64,000 bases of DNA from Gemmatimonadaceae bacterium. Lineage in GTDB: Bacteria > Gemmatimonadota > Gemmatimonadetes > Gemmatimonadales > Gemmatimonadaceae. A program made the translations under genes and the position numbers. The stretch is taken from contig DASURL010000147.1 of the NCBI GenBank assembly GCA_036280075.1, positions 95 through 64,094 on the forward strand, written 5' to 3'. Below are positions 52,616-63,016 of the stretch, piece after piece (position 1 is the stretch's first letter; every line of letters begins with the position of its first letter). The notes beneath the pieces are model-generated. The model had not been told where the DNA came from and ran no database searches. It saw only the letters and a program-made list of their open reading frames with translations.

Positions 52616-53182
52616 TCAGATCGCCACTCTCGCCAGCCTGATCGCCAGGTCGCGCATCTTCTGCATCACCACGTCCCGCGACACCGAACCGAACGCGGAA
52701 TCCGGCACCGACGGCTCCTGGACGAATCGGGCAAGCGCATTGATCAGCTCCACGTCCTCGCGGGAGAACCGCGGTCCATCGCCCGTGTTCGAGGCGACGG
52801 ATGCACCTGCGGCGCTGGGCGTCGCCGATGAGCCCGGAGCGCCGAGCGGGCCGCCGGCCGCCGTCGTCGGGATGGCAGACGAGCCCTGGTAGGGCGTGCC
52901 GCCGCTCGCCATCGAATCCTGGACGAGGTGGCCGTCCTCGTCGAACAGGCGCACGGTGCCGCTCTGTCGGCCCCAGAGCTGCTTCGCCGCGCTGGAGGCC
53001 TGCCACGAAGAAGGGGAAAACTGGCAATAGAGCGGCGCCGTCACGGACAGCCCGTCGGAGTCACGCACGAACTCCACGACGAAGCGCTTGTACTCCAGGT
53101 GGCGGAGCTTCTGGTGCAGTGCAGGCTGGACTTCCTCCAGCTCGCTGGTGCCATTCCGGTGAAGGACGACGCAACGGTACAT
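52616..53182 (-). CDS. Hypothetical protein
   Basis: 188 aa. The N-terminal ~90 aa look globular, followed by a Gly/Ser/Ala/Pro-rich linker and a short C-terminal helical region. No known domain. Confidence 0.5.
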   Translation of the reverse strand: MYRCVVLHRNGTSELEEVQPALHQKLRHLEYKRFVVEFVRDSDGLSVTAPLYCQFSPSSWQASSAAKQLWGRQSGTVRLFDEDGHLVQDSMASGGTPYQGSSAIPTTAAGGPLGAPGSSATPSAAGASVASNTGDGPRFSREDVELINALARFVQEPSVPDSAFGSVSRDVVMQKMRDLAIRLARVAI

Positions 53183-53285
53183 CGCTGGGTTGTGCGGATG
53201 ACGGAGGGAGGGAGCTGCCGAGTCGAATCGCGTCGTTCGTAATGTGCGTGAGGTGATGGCGCGCGCGCCACTGCTTACTCAGTGG

Positions 53286-53438
53286 GGCTCCATGTCGAGC
53301 TACCACGCTTCGGCGGGACTCCTCCTTCTGTACGGCTCCGTGTCGAGTTGGTGCAACTCGGCAGGCCTCCTCACGGCGCAGCGCTCCCTGTCGAATGGGA
53401 ACGCCGATCACCGCAGAAACGACACGGATCACCGCAGA
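53286..53438. repeat. Tandem ~48-nt repeat (2.3 units) followed by a 12-nt direct repeat with 21-nt period, in a 455-bp non-coding spacer
   Basis: GGCTCC[A/G]TGTCGAG-N10-TCGGC[G/A]GG[A/C]CTCCTC units start at 53286 and 53334, with a partial third unit (GCTCCCTGTCGAA). GATCACCGCAGA occurs at 53406-53417 and 53427-53438. Confidence 0.6.
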
Positions 53439-53637
53439 TCTTCCCGCGCCCGGGAAAGCTCCTCGCGCCCCGGCACGTCCTGGGGCCGTTCCAAGAGAGT
53501 CAATGCTCTTGGGCTGCAGGGGACGGACTCGGTGCGCCGCCGCCTGCCCGAGGCCGGAATCTGCGTCGCATCGAAGGACCGGGAAGGGCTCCCCTCGCTG
53601 GTTGCCGCCCGTCGCGGCGGACGCTCCGTGGGCGGCG

Positions 53638-54183
53638 CTAGTGCAGCACCCCGCACGCGATGCGTGCACCCGAGTTGCCGGCTGGATCGGAGCGATAGTC
53701 GTCCGGGCCGGAATGCACGACGATCGCCGCGCCGTCACCGTCGAGGAGCCCACCGGGCCCGCGCAGGAATCCGCCGCCACGGTTGCTCACCGCCACCTCG
53801 GCCGAGCTGTCGGCAGCGACCGTGATGTTCTGCAGGTCGCCCATGTGCGGGCCCATCGGGTTGTCGAAGCCGTGCTGGCGGCCGGTCGGATTCCAGTGGC
53901 CCCCTGCCGACGTGAAGCTCCCCGTGCAGGAGCCGACCGCGTGGATGTGGATGCCGTGAATGCCCGGCGGCAGGTGCTCGAGCGTGCCCGAGATGATGAA
54001 GCCTTGGCCCGACTCGTTCACCGACAGCGTGCCCACGTCACGCCCGGACTGGTCGTGCAGTGTGGCCTGCGCCGTGCCGGGTGAGCTGCTGGCGCTGCTG
54101 CTGGCGGAGCTGCCGCCCGAGGAGCTGGTAGTAGCGCACCCGGCGGCGATGGCGAGGGCGAGCAACGGGAGAGCTGGACGCAT
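53638..54183 (-). CDS. sodC: Cu,Zn superoxide dismutase (lipoprotein)
   Basis: 181 aa from MRPALPLL with lipobox IAAGC. GIHGIHIHAVGSC, GGHWNP and GNSGARIACGVL motifs. Confidence 0.9.
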   Translation of the reverse strand: MRPALPLLALAIAAGCATTSSSGGSSASSSASSSPGTAQATLHDQSGRDVGTLSVNESGQGFIISGTLEHLPPGIHGIHIHAVGSCTGSFTSAGGHWNPTGRQHGFDNPMGPHMGDLQNITVAADSSAEVAVSNRGGGFLRGPGGLLDGDGAAIVVHSGPDDYRSDPAGNSGARIACGVLH

Positions 54184-54302
54184 GACGTGCCTCGTTGAAA
54201 CGGTTGGATGGTGAGCGAAGGGGCGGGCCGCACGATCTGCGCCACCTTCGGTGATGCACATGCATTATCGTCATCTCATACCCGATCACGCTCGAGGAAC
54301 GA

Positions 54303-55151
54303 ATGACACGAGTCGCACTGCTGGGAACCGGCCTGCTGGGAAGCGGCTTCGCCGACGGGATGCTGTCGCGCGGAGGCACTGAGCTCACGGTATGGAACCG
54401 CACCCGCGCGCACGCCGAGCCGCTGGCCGCGCTCGGCGCGCGGGTGGCGGATAGCCCAGCGGAGGCGGTGCGCGGTGCCGAGCGCGTGCACATGGTGCTC
54501 TTCGACGACGCCACGGTGGACGAGACCATCGGGAAGCTGAAGCCGGGACTCGCCGATCGCGCCGTGCTCATCGATCACACCACGACGCTGCCGGCGGCGA
54601 CGGCGGCACGCGCGAAGCGCCTGGCGGCCGACGGCGTCCAGTTCCTCCACGCGCCGGTGTTCATGTCACCGGCCGCGGCGCGGTCGGCACAGGGGATGAT
54701 GCTCGTGGCCGGCGATGCGGACCTCTTTGCGAAGGTGCGCGACTCCCTCGAGCGCATGACGGGAGAGCTCTGGCACGTGGGCGAACGCCCCGATTTGGCG
54801 GCGGCGTACAAGCTGTTCGGGAATGCCATGCTCGTGGCGATGGGGGGCGGCCTCGCCGACATCTTTCACATGGCCGACGCACTCGACGTTTCGCGCGCCG
54901 ACGCGCTCGGGGTGTTCGACCGCTTCAAGATCGAGGGCGGCATCCGGAACCGCGGAACGAAGATCGTCGACCAGGACTTCTCGCCGAGCTTCCATCTCGA
55001 GACGGCGCGGAAAGATGTGCGACTGATGGTCGAGTCGGCCGGGAAGGAGCCCGTGCCCGTGCTCCGCGCGGTGGCGTCCCGCATGGACGACCTGATCGCC
55101 AGGGGGCTGGGCAACGACGACCTCGCCGTCCTGGCGAAGAAGGGGGTGTAG
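54303..55151 (+). CDS. NAD(P)-dependent oxidoreductase, 3-hydroxyisobutyrate/6-phosphogluconate dehydrogenase-like
   Basis: 282 aa. Rossmann motif VALLGTGLLGSGFA and a C-terminal all-helical domain. Confidence 0.8.
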   Translation: MTRVALLGTGLLGSGFADGMLSRGGTELTVWNRTRAHAEPLAALGARVADSPAEAVRGAERVHMVLFDDATVDETIGKLKPGLADRAVLIDHTTTLPAATAARAKRLAADGVQFLHAPVFMSPAAARSAQGMMLVAGDADLFAKVRDSLERMTGELWHVGERPDLAAAYKLFGNAMLVAMGGGLADIFHMADALDVSRADALGVFDRFKIEGGIRNRGTKIVDQDFSPSFHLETARKDVRLMVESAGKEPVPVLRAVASRMDDLIARGLGNDDLAVLAKKGV

Positions 55152-55177
55152 GTCGAGCGAGCTGTGGTGTAATCCCG

Positions 55178-55819
55178 GTGACCGAGGTCACAGGCGGCAC
55201 TACTGTTGCTCTCGCTAGCGGTGTGAACCCGCGTCCCGAGATCGTGCTGCCGCCGGGCTTCGCGCTGCGCATCGATTATGACCCGGAGTCGAGCCCCGCG
55301 AGCCTGCTGATCACCGCGTATCGTGACGACGCGCCGGTGGGGCAGGCGCATGTCGATCCGCGGGAGGTGGGCCAGCGCTTGCGCCTCGAGGTCGAGCCGG
55401 GCGGCGACGGCGCCCGGGATGAACCGGGCGCACGCCTGCGCCTCACTCCGCAGCGCGCCATGCGCGCCATCATGATGGACGCGGTGACGTCGTCGGTGCC
55501 GCCTCACGAGCCGCCGCCATCGGCCGAGGCGCCCTCGCCGCACCCTGCCATGGCCGCGCTGCACGAGCTGGCCCGCGAGGGCGAGCTGGTGGACGAGTGC
55601 CACTACGACACGGACAACCCCCGCGCCATGAATGCGCTCGTCTGGCTGAAGGGTGGCATGGCCGTGGTGCTTCCTGACGATGTGATGGAGGAGGAAGCGC
55701 GGTGGGCGCGGATGCAGCGGGTGCTGCGCTCCTTCTCGGTCGCCGCCGTGGACCTGCTGGGGATCCCGCTGCGGAATCCGCTGCGGCTGCGCGACGTGGA
55801 CGGGCTCGCGGAGAGCTGA
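55178..55819 (+). CDS. Hypothetical protein
   Basis: 213 aa with a GTG start and acceptable codon bias. No recognisable domain. Confidence 0.4.
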   Translation: MTEVTGGTTVALASGVNPRPEIVLPPGFALRIDYDPESSPASLLITAYRDDAPVGQAHVDPREVGQRLRLEVEPGGDGARDEPGARLRLTPQRAMRAIMMDAVTSSVPPHEPPPSAEAPSPHPAMAALHELAREGELVDECHYDTDNPRAMNALVWLKGGMAVVLPDDVMEEEARWARMQRVLRSFSVAAVDLLGIPLRNPLRLRDVDGLAES

Positions 55820-55820
55820 C

Positions 55821-56072
55821 CTAGCTGACGAGGACCAGGGTGGGTCGTGTGCCGCGCGCGCGGCGTACGGGCCCGGTGCGCTCGCGGCGACGTGCGCGAC
55901 GCACGATGGCCAGCTCTTCCTCCAGCTTGTGCTTCGCCATGCGCTCGATCATCGCGCACAGCTCTTCGTCCGACAGGTGGGGACACACGCGCCGCATCGG
56001 GGGCGTGTAGTGGTGCATGATCTCGTGTAGTCGCGTCGAGCTGTTGCCAGTCGGTTCACGTACGATCTGCAT
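55821..56072 (-). CDS. Small hypothetical protein
   Basis: 83 aa with a helical, charged C-terminal half. Weak support. Confidence 0.35.
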   Translation of the reverse strand: MQIVREPTGNSSTRLHEIMHHYTPPMRRVCPHLSDEELCAMIERMAKHKLEEELAIVRRARRRERTGPVRRARGTRPTLVLVS

Positions 56073-56148
56073 GCCGGACCTCGCGTCAGTTGGTCATGGC
56101 ACACGGACGCGCCGGCCGGAATTCGGTCACTGGATGGGGCCGGTTCCC

Positions 56149-56913
56149 CTACAGCGCCCCCGCCTTGTTGTGCCCCGCCAGCTTCACCCCGGCCCCGCCG
56201 AGACCGGCCAGCCCGAGCGCGCCGACGATCAGGACCGGGAGCGGATTGCTCTTCACCGGCGGCCTGCGCAACGCCGTGACCCCCGAGGCCGCAATCGAGT
56301 CGGCGCGGTGACGCGCGAGGCGGGTGGCCTTCTCCATCGCGGTGACCGAGTCCAGCAGCGCCGCGTACGGCTCGAACTGCGGCGCGAAGACGGCGACATG
56401 GAAATGCGACGGGTGATGCTCCCGCGTCACGTCCAGCATGCCCGCCTTCTCCATCGACAGCAGTGCATGCTCGAGGAAGGCGCGGTCCTCCTCGCTGGCC
56501 GGCACGCGGAGATCCACGGCCATCCCCGCCGGATGCACGGAGAGGACGTGGGCGTTCCGCGGCTGGGTGCTCAACGGGCGCGTCAGGCTGGTCACCACCA
56601 GCCGGTCGCCGGTGGCGGCCCGATAGCTGGCCGCGAAGTGCTCGATGAACGAAAGGACTTCGGGCCGCGTATAGGGGTAGGAAACGTTGCTGAGCGCGAA
56701 ATCCGCGGTCGCCTTAACAGGGAGCAGCTTTCCGGCGTCTACGAGGCGGCGGACGTCGGTCGGCGTCCGAAGAAACGAGTAGTCCTCCTCGACGGCGATG
56801 GCGTGCTGGTGGACCATGGATGCCGGCGAGCCTCTGAGCTCGGCAGCGAAGAGCGAGCGGCCCGGAAGGGCGAGAAACGCGGCGAGTATTGCAGCACGAA
56901 CGACTGACTTCAT
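56149..56913 (-). CDS. LAS/M15-like zinc peptidase-fold protein with a C-terminal membrane anchor
   Basis: 254 aa from MKSVVRAAIL with a signal peptide. H-x6-D (SVHPAGMAVD) and HFHV motifs fit the VanY/M15 zinc site. C-terminal hydrophobic segment PLPVLIVGALGLAGLGGAG. Confidence 0.5.
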   Translation of the reverse strand: MKSVVRAAILAAFLALPGRSLFAAELRGSPASMVHQHAIAVEEDYSFLRTPTDVRRLVDAGKLLPVKATADFALSNVSYPYTRPEVLSFIEHFAASYRAATGDRLVVTSLTRPLSTQPRNAHVLSVHPAGMAVDLRVPASEEDRAFLEHALLSMEKAGMLDVTREHHPSHFHVAVFAPQFEPYAALLDSVTAMEKATRLARHRADSIAASGVTALRRPPVKSNPLPVLIVGALGLAGLGGAGVKLAGHNKAGAL

Positions 56914-56998
56914 GGCTCGGCACCTCCAGAACCAGTAGTACTCCTCATCACGGACGAAGTTCACATGCACGTCACCAATTCTTCGGAGTCCGGCTCAC

Positions 56999-58429
56999 AT
57001 GGTTACTAGCGTCGCGCCCGCCAGCCGGCCGCGCGCCGAGCAGCCGCAGCCCGCATCGCCGCCGCCGCCGCAGGGGTCGCCCATCAGGTCGTGGGCGACG
57101 CGTCCGCGCGTGCTCATCGCCGCGGCGGTGGTCGTCGTGGTCGCGCTCCTCGCCTGGTATTTCATGCACGACAGGGGCGCGGGTGCGACCTCGTATCGCT
57201 TCGGGGCAGTGGAGCGCGGCGACGTGCAGCAGACGGTGTCATCCACGGGCGCGCTGAGCGCGGTGAAGACGGTCCAGGTGGGCACGCAGGTGTCGGGCAA
57301 GGTCGTGGCGCTCTACGTGGACTTCAACGACCATGTGACCCAGGGACAGCTCCTCGCCCGCATCGATCCCACGCTGCAGGAGCAGGCGGTGACGGATGCG
57401 CAGGCGGGGCTCGCGCGCGCCCAGGCGCAGCTCGCGCAGGCGCGTGACGAATACAACCGCAACCTGCCGCTCTATCAGGAGAAGTTCATCAGCGCGTCCG
57501 AGTTCGGCACGGTGCAGGTGAACCTCTCGGTCGCGCAGGCACAGGTGAAGTCCGCGCAGGTCACGCTCGATCGCGCGAAGCAGAATCTCTCCTACACCAA
57601 CATCTACGCGCCGATCAACGGCGTCGTCGTCGAGCGCAACGTGGACGTCGGCCAGACGGTGCAGGCGAGCTTCTCGGCGCCGCAGCTCTTCCTCATCGCG
57701 CAGGACCTGTCGCAGATGCAGATCATCGCCGCGGTGGACGAGAGTGACATCAGCAGCATCAAGCAGGGGCAGGAAGTGAAGTTCACCGTGCAGTCGTACC
57801 CCAACCGCACCTTCACCGGCGCAGTGGACCAGGTGCGGCTGCAGTCGAAGACCACTGACAACGTGGTGAGCTACTCCGTCGTGGTCGCGGTGCAGAATCC
57901 CGACGGCACGCTGCTCCCGGGCATGACGGCGACGGTCGAGTTCGTGACGGGGAGCGCCAAGGACGTGCTGACCGTGCCGAATGCGTCGCTGCGCTTCCGG
58001 CCCACGGAAGAGGAGCTGGCCGCGGCCGGATTGCCGGCGAACGCCGGGCAGGACACGACGCGTCGCCGACCCGGCGCGGGCGGGTCCACTGGCGCCGCGC
58101 GCCGCCCACAGGGCGGCGGCCAGGGCGGGCAAGGGGGCTTCGGTGGTGGCTTCGGCGGCCAGGGTGGCGGCCAGGGCGGACAGGCACGCCAGCGTCCGCG
58201 CACCGGTGGGTTCGGCACCATCTGGACGGAGGATGCCGCCGGCAAGCTCGCGCCAGTCCGGGTGCGCACCGGGCTGAGCGATGGCCAGCGCACCCAGGTC
58301 ATGAGCCAGAACCCCGCGCTCAAGGAAGGGATGAAGGTCATCATCGGCAGCAGTCTCGGCACGGCCGGCCAGGACGCGCCCACGCGCAGCCCGCTCACGC
58401 CGCAGCGCGGCGGACCGCGGGGCTTCTGA
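56999..58429 (+). CDS. macA: MacA-type periplasmic adaptor (HlyD/RND MFP family)
   Basis: 476 aa with one TM helix, a coiled-coil hairpin, barrel-sandwich and beta-barrel domains, and a Gly/Gln-rich C-terminal tail. Confidence 0.85.
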   Translation: MVTSVAPASRPRAEQPQPASPPPPQGSPIRSWATRPRVLIAAAVVVVVALLAWYFMHDRGAGATSYRFGAVERGDVQQTVSSTGALSAVKTVQVGTQVSGKVVALYVDFNDHVTQGQLLARIDPTLQEQAVTDAQAGLARAQAQLAQARDEYNRNLPLYQEKFISASEFGTVQVNLSVAQAQVKSAQVTLDRAKQNLSYTNIYAPINGVVVERNVDVGQTVQASFSAPQLFLIAQDLSQMQIIAAVDESDISSIKQGQEVKFTVQSYPNRTFTGAVDQVRLQSKTTDNVVSYSVVVAVQNPDGTLLPGMTATVEFVTGSAKDVLTVPNASLRFRPTEEELAAAGLPANAGQDTTRRRPGAGGSTGAARRPQGGGQGGQGGFGGGFGGQGGGQGGQARQRPRTGGFGTIWTEDAAGKLAPVRVRTGLSDGQRTQVMSQNPALKEGMKVIIGSSLGTAGQDAPTRSPLTPQRGGPRGF

Positions 58430-59207
58430 TGAGCGACGGTTCGGCGCGGGACGCACGTCCCGTCATCCAGGTGCGGGGCGTGACGAAGGTCTACACGATG
58501 GGAGAGACGAAAGTCTACGCCCTTCGTGGCGTGGACCTCGACGTCTATCCCGGCGACATGATCGCCGTGATGGGATCGTCCGGGTCCGGCAAGTCCACCC
58601 TCATGAACATCCTTGGCTGCCTCGACGTCCCGACGGGGGGCAGCTACGTGCTGGACGGCGTACGCGTGGACGGCCTGAGCGCCAATGCGCTCGCCGACCT
58701 GCGCAACCAGAAGCTCGGCTTCGTCTTCCAGGGCTTCAACCTGCTGGCGCGCACCACCGCGCTCGACAACGTGGAGCTGCCGCTGCTCTACGACCGGTCG
58801 CACCGCTGGACGAACACCCGCGCGCTCGCGGCCGAGGCGCTCGGGCGCGTGGGCCTGGGGCAGCGACTGGATCACGTGCCGAGCGAGCTGTCCGGTGGGC
58901 AGCAGCAGCGCGTGGCCATCGCGCGTGCCCTCGTCACGCAGCCCACCCTGCTGCTCGCTGACGAGCCCACGGGCAACCTGGACAGCCACATGACGGTGGA
59001 AGTCATGTCGCTCTTCCAGGAGCTGAACGACCAGGGCATCACCATCCTGATCGTCACGCACGAGCCGGACGTGGCGAAGTACGCGAAGCGGATCGTCGAG
59101 GTGCGCGACGGTCACATCCTCCGCGACCATCCGGTGGAGGGTCGCCGCCGCGCGGCCGACGACCTGCTGCGCCTGGAGATCGAGGACCCGCTCGAACCGG
59201 TCGGCAC

Positions 59208-59211
<4 letters not shown>
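58429..59211 (+). CDS. MacB-type ABC transporter ATP-binding protein
   Basis: 260 aa. Walker [10 protein letters not shown], signature LSGGQQQR, Walker B LLLADEPT. Confidence 0.9.
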
Positions 59212-60421
<1,210 letters not shown>

Positions 60422-60425
<4 letters not shown>

Positions 60426-61843
60426 ACGAGAGAATGGCACTTTCTTCCGTGCGGCGTTGGTCGCCCCGTCGCGCGCGGGGGACCCGCGCGCTCGCGGCCG
60501 CGGCTGCGCTCGCCGTCGGGCTGCCGGCGATGGTCGGCGCGCAGGATACCACGCGCACCAAGCTCCCACCCGGCGGCGTGATCACCCTGCAGGACGCCAT
60601 CCGCATCGCGCTGGCGCAGAACACCCAGGTGCGCTTCGCCCGCAACTCGCTCGTCCTCGACTCGCTCGCCATCCGGCAGGCGAGGAACGCCTTCCTCCCC
60701 AACCTGTCGGCGAGCAGCTCGGCGTCGCAGGACGTGGCCAACGGCTCGGGGGACAACCCGTTCTCGGCGAGCATCGGCGCGTCGAGCGGCGTGACGATCT
60801 ACAACGGTGGCCAGAACCGGAACATCCTGCGCCAGGCGCGCACCAATGCGGCGGCCGGCGCGGCGGACGTCGTGCGGACCCGACAGTCGCTCGTGTTCAC
60901 CGTCGCGTCGGACTACCTCGCCCTGATCACGCAGCAGCAGCAGCTGCGCGTGCAGCAGGAGAACCTCACGGCGCAGGAGCAGGAGCTGACGCAGCTCCAG
61001 GAGTTCGTGCGCCGAGGCACCCGTCCCATCGGTGACCTCTACCAGCAGCAGGCGGCCGTCGCCTCCACGCGCCTCGCGATGGTGAATGCACGGCGTGGGA
61101 CCGAGGTGGCCAAGGTGAACCTCATCCAGGAGCTCGTCCTCGATCCGCGGCTCGAGTACACCTTCGCCACCCCGGTGGACAGTACCGCACCCGTGCCCGC
61201 GGACACCACCGCCCCGCCATTGCAGGCGTTCAACCTGGACAGCCTGATCAGCGTGGCCTTCCAGCAGCGCGTCGACCTGCGCGCGCAGGCGCTGCGCGTG
61301 CAGGCGGCGCAGACTGAGATCGCCATTGCCGAGGGAGGGCGAAAGCCGACCGTGTCCGGGAGCGCCGGATACGGCACCGGGTACAACAGCGGCTCCGATC
61401 AGGGATTCGCCACGCAGCTCAACCAGCGGCGAGGCGGGTCGGTCGGAGTGAACGTGTCGGTGCCGATCCTCGATCGCGGCGCCGTGTCCATCGCGAAGCA
61501 GCGCGCACAGGTGCAGCTCGACAACGAGCTGCTCACGATGCGCGACCTGGAGCAGAGCGTCGCCCTCGACGTGCGGCGCGCGTACCTGGACTACGTCTCC
61601 GCCGGCGAGCAGTTCTCCACCGCGACCGCCCAGGAGCGCGCGGCGGCGCTGGCGCTGCAGGCCGCCCAGACACGCTACCGGGTGGGGCTCGCGACGCTGG
61701 TCGAGGTGACGCTCGCCCGGGCATCGCTCATCCAGGCGCAGAGCGCCGTCGTGAGTGCGCGCTCCAGCCTGATCTTCCAGCAGGCGCTCATGTCGTACTA
61801 TACCGGCGCGCTCGACCCGAGCAACGTGAATATCGGCGCCTGA
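60422..61843 (+). CDS. TolC-family outer membrane efflux protein
   Basis: 473 aa from MNERMALSS with a signal peptide. Two OEP repeats (LQDAIRIALAQN..., SLISVAFQQRVDLRAQ...). Confidence 0.85.
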
Positions 61844-61914
61844 TCCCCAACCGTTTGCAAAATGCCGGCGGAATCGCCAGACTCGTGGGGTCGTTTCCCT
61901 CCACCCCACGAGTC

Positions 61915-62670
61915 ATGAGCGACCTCTCCGCCTCGACGTCGGGGAGCGGCCTCGACGCCGCTCCCGCGCCCAGCAAGCCTGCGTCCCGCTGGGAAGACTT
62001 CATCGACATCTTCTACGCGCCGTCCAGCGTGTACGAGCGACGCCGCAACTCCGGCTTCGGGATCCCGATGGTCGTCGCGACGCTGCTCGTCGGCGTGATC
62101 TTCATCGCCAACAGCGGCGCCATGCAGCCGATCATGGACGCCGAGTTCGCTCGTGGGGCCGCGCAGGCGATGAAGCAGAACCCGCAGATCACGCCCGAGG
62201 CGATGGAGAAGATGCGCTCGGTCGGCGAGACGTTCGCGAAGGTCGGCGCCTTCGTCATCGTCCCGATCGCGATGTTCCTCACGGGCCTCGTGCTCTGGAT
62301 CGTCGGGAAGTTCTTCGACGCGAAGCAGACGCTCGCCGCGGCGATCATGGTGGCCGCATTCGCGTACATGCCGCGCGTGCTGGAGAGCATCGTGAACGGC
62401 GTCCAGCTTCTCCTGATGGATCCGGCCTCCCTCGATGGCCGCTATCGCATCTCGCTTGGCGTCGGGCGCTTCCTCGATCCCGCGACCGCGTCGCCGATGC
62501 TCCTCGCGCTGTTCGGGCGACTGGACCTGTTCACGATCTGGGTGACCGTCCTGCTGGCGATCGGCCTCTCGGTCACCGGGCGGATCCCGCGCTCGAAGGC
62601 GGCCATCGCCGCCGTGATCGTCTGGCTGGTGGGCGCGCTGCCGGGGGTGCTGCAGGCGGCGAGAATGTAG
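61915..62670 (+). CDS. Yip1-domain membrane protein
   Basis: About 251 aa. WEDFIDIFYAPSSVYERR N-terminus followed by 5 TM helices. Start at 61915 or 61855. Confidence 0.7.
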   Translation: MSDLSASTSGSGLDAAPAPSKPASRWEDFIDIFYAPSSVYERRRNSGFGIPMVVATLLVGVIFIANSGAMQPIMDAEFARGAAQAMKQNPQITPEAMEKMRSVGETFAKVGAFVIVPIAMFLTGLVLWIVGKFFDAKQTLAAAIMVAAFAYMPRVLESIVNGVQLLLMDPASLDGRYRISLGVGRFLDPATASPMLLALFGRLDLFTIWVTVLLAIGLSVTGRIPRSKAAIAAVIVWLVGALPGVLQAARM

Positions 62671-62673
62671 AAG

Positions 62674-62725
62674 GTCGGAAGGTCAGGATGTCGGGCGATC
62701 GGAATCGTGCTCCTGACCTTCCGAC
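62674..62725. repeat. Perfect 15-bp inverted repeat between convergent genes (likely bidirectional terminator), carrying the GAAGGTCGGAAGGT motif
   Basis: GTCGGAAGGTCAGGA (62674-62688) pairs with TCCTGACCTTCCGAC (62711-62725) across a 22-nt loop. A related single arm is present at 52591-52617. Confidence 0.6.
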
Positions 62726-62922
62726 ATCCCGGCATCCTCTGATCCGTCTCCGCCCTCCGGGCATCCGCCCCGATGTACCACCCTCTGCACGAGGATCCTG
62801 ATGTCCGCGTCCTCGAACCGTTCGATCTTCCTCCCGCAACGATGGCAGTGCGGGAAGAGCGCGAAGGTGTCGCGGGCGACCTGCTCGAGGATCGGGTCGT
62901 CGTAACGGCTGGAGATGGGCAT
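62683..62922 (-). CDS. Small hypothetical protein
   Basis: 79 aa from MPISSRYDD with an HCHRCG motif and an acidic tail. Its 3' end overlaps the hairpin, so support is weak. Confidence 0.35.
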   Translation of the reverse strand: MPISSRYDDPILEQVARDTFALFPHCHRCGRKIERFEDADIRILVQRVVHRGGCPEGGDGSEDAGMSEGQEHDSDRPTS

Positions 62923-63016
62923 CACTGGACAAGATAGAGCGGCCCGGGGCGTGACCGCGAGGGCGCGGTTCGAGTCAGGAGGAAACACCGCGCATCGCGC
63001 CTATCCCATCGCTGCC

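Noticed and set aside
53183-53637. A tRNA, tmRNA or other classical RNA gene in the large spacers (also 47542-47961 and 35543-35903).
   Set aside because: No GTTCGAATC-type T-loop or cloverleaf-compatible stems were found by eye. I cannot exclude a riboswitch or sRNA without a covariance-model scan, so it is reported only as an unexplained spacer.
56973-57300. Minus-strand ORFs 56972-57169 and 56995-57300 as an alternative to the macA N-terminus.
   Set aside because: They are Arg/Asp/His-rich or Thr/Ala-rich low-complexity translations. The plus-strand frame continues into a recognisable membrane-fusion protein with a TM helix.
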